The notes below the pieces were generated by a model that searched no databases, had not been told where the DNA came from, and worked only from the letters and a program-made list of their open reading frames with translations. 49,979 nucleotides of DNA, taken from positions 1 through 49,979 of IMG/VR virus record IMGVR_UViG_3300030376_006438. One strand, given 5' to 3'. Origin of the DNA: a virus. Its lineage: Duplodnaviria; Caudoviricetes. This document shows positions 45,389 through 49,979 of this stretch, piece by piece. Position 1 is the stretch's first letter. The number at the start of each line of letters is the position of its first letter. The position numbers and the translations under genes are program-made.

Positions 45389-46309
45389 ATGACTGAAGAA
45401 AAAATGGTAGACCTTGACACCACAGGAGAGGGTCAAGAGGTTGAACTTCAAGAAGAAGATAAATCTACCGAAGACAAAACTGTTTCTGATGAGGTAGAAA
45501 CTAAAAAGGAAGAAACAGAAAAAGTAGAAGAGTCTTCAGAAGAAGAGTCTAAAGACGATGGATTAGACAAATACTCCAAAAACGTTCAAAGAAGAATTAA
45601 AAAACTTTTAGATAAAGTTGAAAAAGCAGAGCAAAGAGAAGCTGAAGCTTTAAAGTTTGCTGAAGTTGCTAAAAAGAAAGCAGATGAAGCTCAAACTAAA
45701 ATGAACTCTTTGGACGAAAATTATATTTCAGAGTACGAAACAAGAGTTAAATCTCAAATTGAACAAGCTAAAAAGGCTTTGACTGATGCAAGGTTTAATA
45801 ATGATGTAAACGCTGAAGTAGAGGCTCAAAGAGCTTTGACAAGACTTGCGATTGAAGAAGAAAGAGCGATTGTTTCTAAAGAACAAAGAGCAAAGTTATT
45901 GAAACAACAAGAAGGTTTAATGGCTGAAAAACAAACTGAAACTCAAACTTCACAAGCTCCTAGACAGCCTGATCCTAGAGCTGAAAAATGGGCAAAAGAT
46001 AATGAGTGGTTTGGTCAAGATGAAGCAATGACCTTTACTGCCTTAGCGCATCATAAAAATCTTTTAAAAGAAGGATATGATCCTAAAAGTGATGAATACT
46101 ATGAAGAAATAAACTCTTACATAAAGAATCAATTTCCTCATAAGTTTGAAGAAGTAGCAGAAGTTAAAGAAAAAGCTCCTCAAACAGTAGCAGGAGCGTC
46201 TAGAGCTTCTAGAACAAGTGGTTCCAAAAAAGTAAAGCTAACTCCTAGTCAAGTTGCTATAGCAAAAAAATTGGGCCTTACACTTGAACAATACGCAAAA
46301 TATGTATAG
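45389..46309 (+). CDS. putative capsid scaffolding protein
   Basis: Acidic N-terminus, long coiled coil, W..DNEWFG, VKLTPSQVAIAKKLG; upstream of capsid. Confidence 0.75.
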   Translation: MTEEKMVDLDTTGEGQEVELQEEDKSTEDKTVSDEVETKKEETEKVEESSEEESKDDGLDKYSKNVQRRIKKLLDKVEKAEQREAEALKFAEVAKKKADEAQTKMNSLDENYISEYETRVKSQIEQAKKALTDARFNNDVNAEVEAQRALTRLAIEEERAIVSKEQRAKLLKQQEGLMAEKQTETQTSQAPRQPDPRAEKWAKDNEWFGQDEAMTFTALAHHKNLLKEGYDPKSDEYYEEINSYIKNQFPHKFEEVAEVKEKAPQTVAGASRASRTSGSKKVKLTPSQVAIAKKLGLTLEQYAKYV

Positions 46310-46321
46310 ATTGGAGACAAT

Positions 46322-46777
46322 ATGGTAAATAAAACGTCAAGATCTAATGAGACTAGGGAAAAGACAGCTCGTAAAACAGGTTGGACTAGACCTTCTTCAT
46401 TAGACGCACCCCCAGCACCTGAGGGTTTTAAACACCGATGGATAAGGGAATCAGTCAGAGGATTTGATGACACTAAAAATGTTATGGGAAAATTACGAGA
46501 AGGATGGGAATTAGTCCGATCTGACGAGTATCCTGATTGGCAACTTCCTACCATTGAAGATGGAAAACACGCTGGTGTGATAGGGGTAGGTGGGTTACTG
46601 TTAGCTCGTATGCCAATAGAAACTGTTGAAGAGAGAAACTCTTATTACAAAAACTTAACCGAGAGCCAAAAAGAGGCTGTCGACAGTGATCTATTGAGAA
46701 TTGAGGATCCTAGGATGCCGATCAGTAAACCCCAAAGACAAACCAAAGTAACTTTTGGTTCAGGAAACAAGTCGTAA
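46322..46777 (+). CDS. conserved head-module protein
   Basis: PSSLDAPPAP.GF.HRWIR, REGWE. Confidence 0.75.
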   Translation: MVNKTSRSNETREKTARKTGWTRPSSLDAPPAPEGFKHRWIRESVRGFDDTKNVMGKLREGWELVRSDEYPDWQLPTIEDGKHAGVIGVGGLLLARMPIETVEERNSYYKNLTESQKEAVDSDLLRIEDPRMPISKPQRQTKVTFGSGNKS

Positions 46778-46833
46778 TCGGCACGGTTTGTTAAACGACC
46801 AATACTAACAACGTATTACAAAGGAGTAATATT

Positions 46834-47412
46834 ATGGCAAATCAACAAGGCAACTTTGGATTTCGTCCAGTGCTAATGATGGGTTCTGCATATCAGGGCC
46901 AAGGTCAACAACAGATGACTATCGCTAGTAACGAAACGAATTCCATTTTTATGGGAGATCCTGTCGTGCTAAACGCAAACGGATCAATCTCTCGTGGTTC
47001 CTCTGCTGGTGCTGAGCTTGTTGGTGTTTTCAATGGTTGTTTCTATACAGACCCAACTTCACAAAAACCAACTTTTTCAAATCACTATCCAGGGGCAATT
47101 GTAGCTGATGACATCGTAGCAAACGTAATCAGTGACCCAGATGTCATTTTTGAAGTCAAAGTAGACGACACAAATGGTGGACGAGCACAAGTCGGTTCAA
47201 CTGCTAACATCGCAACTTACGCTGCAGGATCTACCAAATCAGGTATTTCAGGCGTATCATTAGATGGTAGTACATTTGCAACTAGCAACGCTTCCAACTT
47301 CGCTGTTTATGATCTTTCAACAGATCCTGACAACAGTGACTATACTGCTGCTAACGCTAACATTCTTGTTAGAATTAACAAACATCAGTATAGAGATACT
47401 ACAGGAATCTAA
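46834..47412 (+). CDS. putative capsid decoration/minor capsid protein
   Basis: MAN..GFRP, IFMGDPV, GVFNGCFYTDP; directly upstream of MCP. Confidence 0.7.
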   Translation: MANQQGNFGFRPVLMMGSAYQGQGQQQMTIASNETNSIFMGDPVVLNANGSISRGSSAGAELVGVFNGCFYTDPTSQKPTFSNHYPGAIVADDIVANVISDPDVIFEVKVDDTNGGRAQVGSTANIATYAAGSTKSGISGVSLDGSTFATSNASNFAVYDLSTDPDNSDYTAANANILVRINKHQYRDTTGI

Positions 47413-47415
47413 ACT

Positions 47416-48339
47416 ATGGCTATTTCAAGAAGTCAACTCGTTAAAGAGTTAGAACCAGGTCTAAACGCACTGTTTGGCTTGGAGTATTCAAGATATGAAA
47501 ACGAACACGCAGAAATCTTTGACAACGAATCTTCAGACAGAGCGTTTGAAGAGGAAGTAATGTTATCAGGTTTCGGTTCTGCACCATCAAAAGCTGAAGG
47601 TGCTGGCATATCTTATGACACAGCAGTTGAAGCATACACTTCACGCTACACACACGAAACAATTGCATTAGGTTTTGCAATAACAGAAGAAGCAATCGAA
47701 GATAATCTTTATGATCAGCTTTCTTCTCGTTACACAAAAGCTCTTGCAAGATCAATGGCAAACACAAAGCAAGTAAAAGCTGCTGATGTTTTAAACACAG
47801 CTTTTGCTGGTGCAGGTGCTGCAGGAACTAATCCTGGTGGTGATGGTGTATCACTTATCAATACACAACACCCATTAGCACAAGGTGGTATCTTATCAAA
47901 CAGATTAGCAACTGATGCTGATTTGAATGAGACATCACTTGAGCAATCTTTGATTGACATTTCTGCATTCGTGGATGAGCGTGGTCTTAAAATTGCAACA
48001 CAAGGTAGAAAACTGATTATTCCAAAAGAATTACAGTTTACTGCTGACAGATTACTGTCATCTGCATTAAGACCAGGTACTGCCGACAATGATGTCAATG
48101 CAATCAGAAACATGGGAATGATTCCTGAAGGTTATGTAGTAAACCACTTCTTAACCGACGTGAACGCATTCTACATTAAAACTGATGCACCTAATGGTCT
48201 AAAGCATTTCACAAGAACTGCTCTTTCCACAAATATGGAAGGTGACTTTGACACAGGTAACGTAAGATACAAAGCTAGAGAGAGATACTCATTTGGTTTC
48301 TCAGATCCTAGAGGTATTTTCGGTACTTCAGGCGCATAA
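47416..48339 (+). CDS. major capsid protein
   Basis: MAISRSQLVKELEPGLNALFGLEY, SDRAFEE, DFDTGNVRYKARERYSFG; biased codon use. Confidence 0.93.
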   Translation: MAISRSQLVKELEPGLNALFGLEYSRYENEHAEIFDNESSDRAFEEEVMLSGFGSAPSKAEGAGISYDTAVEAYTSRYTHETIALGFAITEEAIEDNLYDQLSSRYTKALARSMANTKQVKAADVLNTAFAGAGAAGTNPGGDGVSLINTQHPLAQGGILSNRLATDADLNETSLEQSLIDISAFVDERGLKIATQGRKLIIPKELQFTADRLLSSALRPGTADNDVNAIRNMGMIPEGYVVNHFLTDVNAFYIKTDAPNGLKHFTRTALSTNMEGDFDTGNVRYKARERYSFGFSDPRGIFGTSGA

Positions 48340-48355
48340 TAAATAATTAATATCT

Positions 48356-48390
48356 AAAGGGGCGTATGTCTTTGACTGCGCCCTTTTTTT
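48356..48390 (+). terminator. intrinsic terminator after capsid gene
   Basis: GGGCGTA-TGTC-TTT-GAC-TGCGCCC followed by T7. Confidence 0.85.
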
Positions 48391-48452
48391 ATGTCAAAAT
48401 ATAATTTCATTAACAACATGACCTCTTCGGAGGACTTACAAAGGAGTAAGAC

Positions 48453-48974
48453 ATGGCAAATAGAACAACATTCACCGGGATCGTAAGATCTAACGGTGGA
48501 GACAACAAAAGAGAAACTTACGCTGGTTCTATGGTGATGGCGGCACAATTTTATTTTTTGCCAACAGCAGCACAAGGAACTGACGTTCAAGTTTCAGCAA
48601 CAGATACAAGAAAAGTAGTTCTTCCAAAGAACTGCGTAGTTACAGGTATCGCATACAATCCTGATGCAACAGGTGGAACAAATCCAACTATTGATATGGG
48701 TTTCACTGACTTTGATGGTGGAACAAACTTTGTAGACGTAGATGGTCTCTTAAATGAGTCCGATGCAGATACAGGTGATGTAGCAACTATTTGGGGTGGT
48801 GACTCCACTGCGGGTGCAGCTCTTGGTGATTTAGGAACACCTTCAACTGAAAAAATTAAAATTGTTGGTGGTCAAGGTTCATCTGCTGCAACAGGTGGTA
48901 CTATTACAGGTATCATTTATTACTATGTAGTAGATCAAGGTCAACCGGGTGAAGGCTTACCTAAATTAAGTTAG
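48453..48974 (+). CDS. putative structural protein
   Basis: AAGGAG SD, TTFTGIVRS, Gly/Thr-rich. Confidence 0.7.
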   Translation: MANRTTFTGIVRSNGGDNKRETYAGSMVMAAQFYFLPTAAQGTDVQVSATDTRKVVLPKNCVVTGIAYNPDATGGTNPTIDMGFTDFDGGTNFVDVDGLLNESDADTGDVATIWGGDSTAGAALGDLGTPSTEKIKIVGGQGSSAATGGTITGIIYYYVVDQGQPGEGLPKLS

Positions 48975-48983
48975 GAGTAAGTT

Positions 48984-49256
48984 ATGATTAACTATAGATC
49001 GGCTAAAGTAACCGCTACAGGAAACGTAGGAACAGGTCCCGCAAGACTGATAGCTATTCATGCTGTCTGTGGTGGAACTGCTGGTAGTATCGTTTTAAAA
49101 GATGGTAGTGGAGGAGCAACTAGACTTGATATAGATACTCCTGCATCAGCAACAGCAGTTATTGAAACTTACATAGGTGATACAGGTATGAGATTCCAAG
49201 ACAGAATACATGCTACATTAACTAATGTGACTTCACTGACCTGTATATTTGCGTAA
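48984..49256 (+). CDS. putative structural protein
   Basis: AGGAG SD, small beta-rich protein. Confidence 0.7.
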   Translation: MINYRSAKVTATGNVGTGPARLIAIHAVCGGTAGSIVLKDGSGGATRLDIDTPASATAVIETYIGDTGMRFQDRIHATLTNVTSLTCIFA

Positions 49257-49531
49257 TGGCAGACAAACAGCCACCAAAAACTAAAAAATATTTTCGCTCC
49301 ACTAAAAGTGGAGCGGGAATGACTAAAGCAGGCGTTGCAAAATATAGAAGAGACAATCCTGGTTCTAAATTAAAAACTGCTGTAACAGGTAAAGTAAAAC
49401 CTGGTAGTAAATCAGCAAAAAGAAGAAAATCGTTTTGTGCTAGAAGTGCAGGACAAATGAAAAAGTTTCCTAAAGCAGCAAAAGATCCAAACTCAAGATT
49501 AAGACAGGCTCGTAAACGTTGGAGATGTTGA
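49256..49531 (+). CDS. conserved basic phage protein
   Basis: NPGSKLKTAVTG, RRKSFCARS, RWRC. Confidence 0.8.
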   Translation: MADKQPPKTKKYFRSTKSGAGMTKAGVAKYRRDNPGSKLKTAVTGKVKPGSKSAKRRKSFCARSAGQMKKFPKAAKDPNSRLRQARKRWRC

Positions 49532-49534
49532 ATA

Positions 49535-49979
49535 GTGAGAGATTTTAAATTTTTATTTTTTGTATACATAACTGTGCTTTGCATAGGATTAACATCCTCT
49601 CAAAAAAATTTATACGCTGAGACCAATACCGTGTCCAGCACAGTAGTAAACAATACGCCACCAACAGCGAATGCTCCTGTAATTCCAAACTCAAATTCAG
49701 ATATATGTAAGGTCGGTGTTGGGGGAAGTGTTCAAAATAATGTGTTAGGTTTAGCTACAGGAGTGCTTATAGATGACGAGCTGTGTCAGCTTTTAAAATT
49801 AAGTAAGACTCAATTCGCTTTCGGCATGAAAGTGTCAGCAGTATCTATTCTTTGTCAAGACCCACGAGTTTGGGACAGCATGACTGATGCCGGAACCCCG
49901 TGCCCTGTACGAGGTTTCATCGGGGCGGAGGCAGCTCAATATTGGAGTGACAATCCATCAGAGATTCCAGACGGCAGTA
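49535..49979 (+). CDS. partial CDS, signal-peptide-bearing Cys-containing protein
   Basis: GTG start after GGAG, open to window end; PPTANAP, GMKVSAVSILCQD, AGTPCP. Confidence 0.7.
   Translation, partial: MRDFKFLFFVYITVLCIGLTSSQKNLYAETNTVSSTVVNNTPPTANAPVIPNSNSDICKVGVGGSVQNNVLGLATGVLIDDELCQLLKLSKTQFAFGMKVSAVSILCQDPRVWDSMTDAGTPCPVRGFIGAEAAQYWSDNPSEIPDGS

Noticed and set aside
48330-48345. Capsid C-terminal extension by frameshift or read-through
   Set aside because: Tandem TAA TAA stops, no slippery heptamer, terminator follows
4084-49584. Many antisense or nested ORFs in the track (e.g. 4084..4275, 10470..10733, 12282..12581, 24435..24668, 39937..40305, 47730..48113, 49222..49584)
   Set aside because: Shadows of well-supported genes; no SD, atypical composition

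Overview
AT-rich dsDNA tailed-phage genome segment (podovirus-like, marine). The major capsid protein (MAISRSQLVKELEPGLNALFGLEY...), the GroES/scaffold head module and the PolA/UvrD/primase/SNF2 replication module resemble, from recall, HTVC023P-type / vSAG 37-F6-like pelagiphages; host not provable from sequence. Layout: 1-17.7 kb (+) tail and ejection proteins interleaved with 2OG-Fe(II) oxygenases, a glycosyltransferase and a sulfotransferase, then lysozyme; 17.7-26.3 kb (-) replication genes including an ABC-ATPase/GNAT fusion; 26.3-29.2 kb (+) SNF2 helicase, methyltransferase, nuclease; 29.2-36.6 kb (-) small early genes; 36.3-37.3 kb non-coding switch region with a DnaA box and iterons; 37.3-50 kb (+) packaging and head genes. 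The most unusual signals are non-coding. (i) A ~225-nt multibranch manA-like RNA followed by a strong SD, a 9-codon peptide (MLVIVLDPW) and a terminator overlapping its stop codon. (ii) Six covarying intergenic hairpins with a conserved mismatch and an overlapping alternative hairpin between early genes. (iii) Dispersed, mostly co-oriented 7-bp-period GC-rich tandem motifs (core CGTG) independent of coding strand. (iv) A hairpin displaying an anti-SD loop before the primase. A CmoA-like domain carrying the same xxGGx[VI] motif as the ejection proteins also stands out. No tRNA, rRNA, CRISPR, integrase or RNA polymerase was seen.
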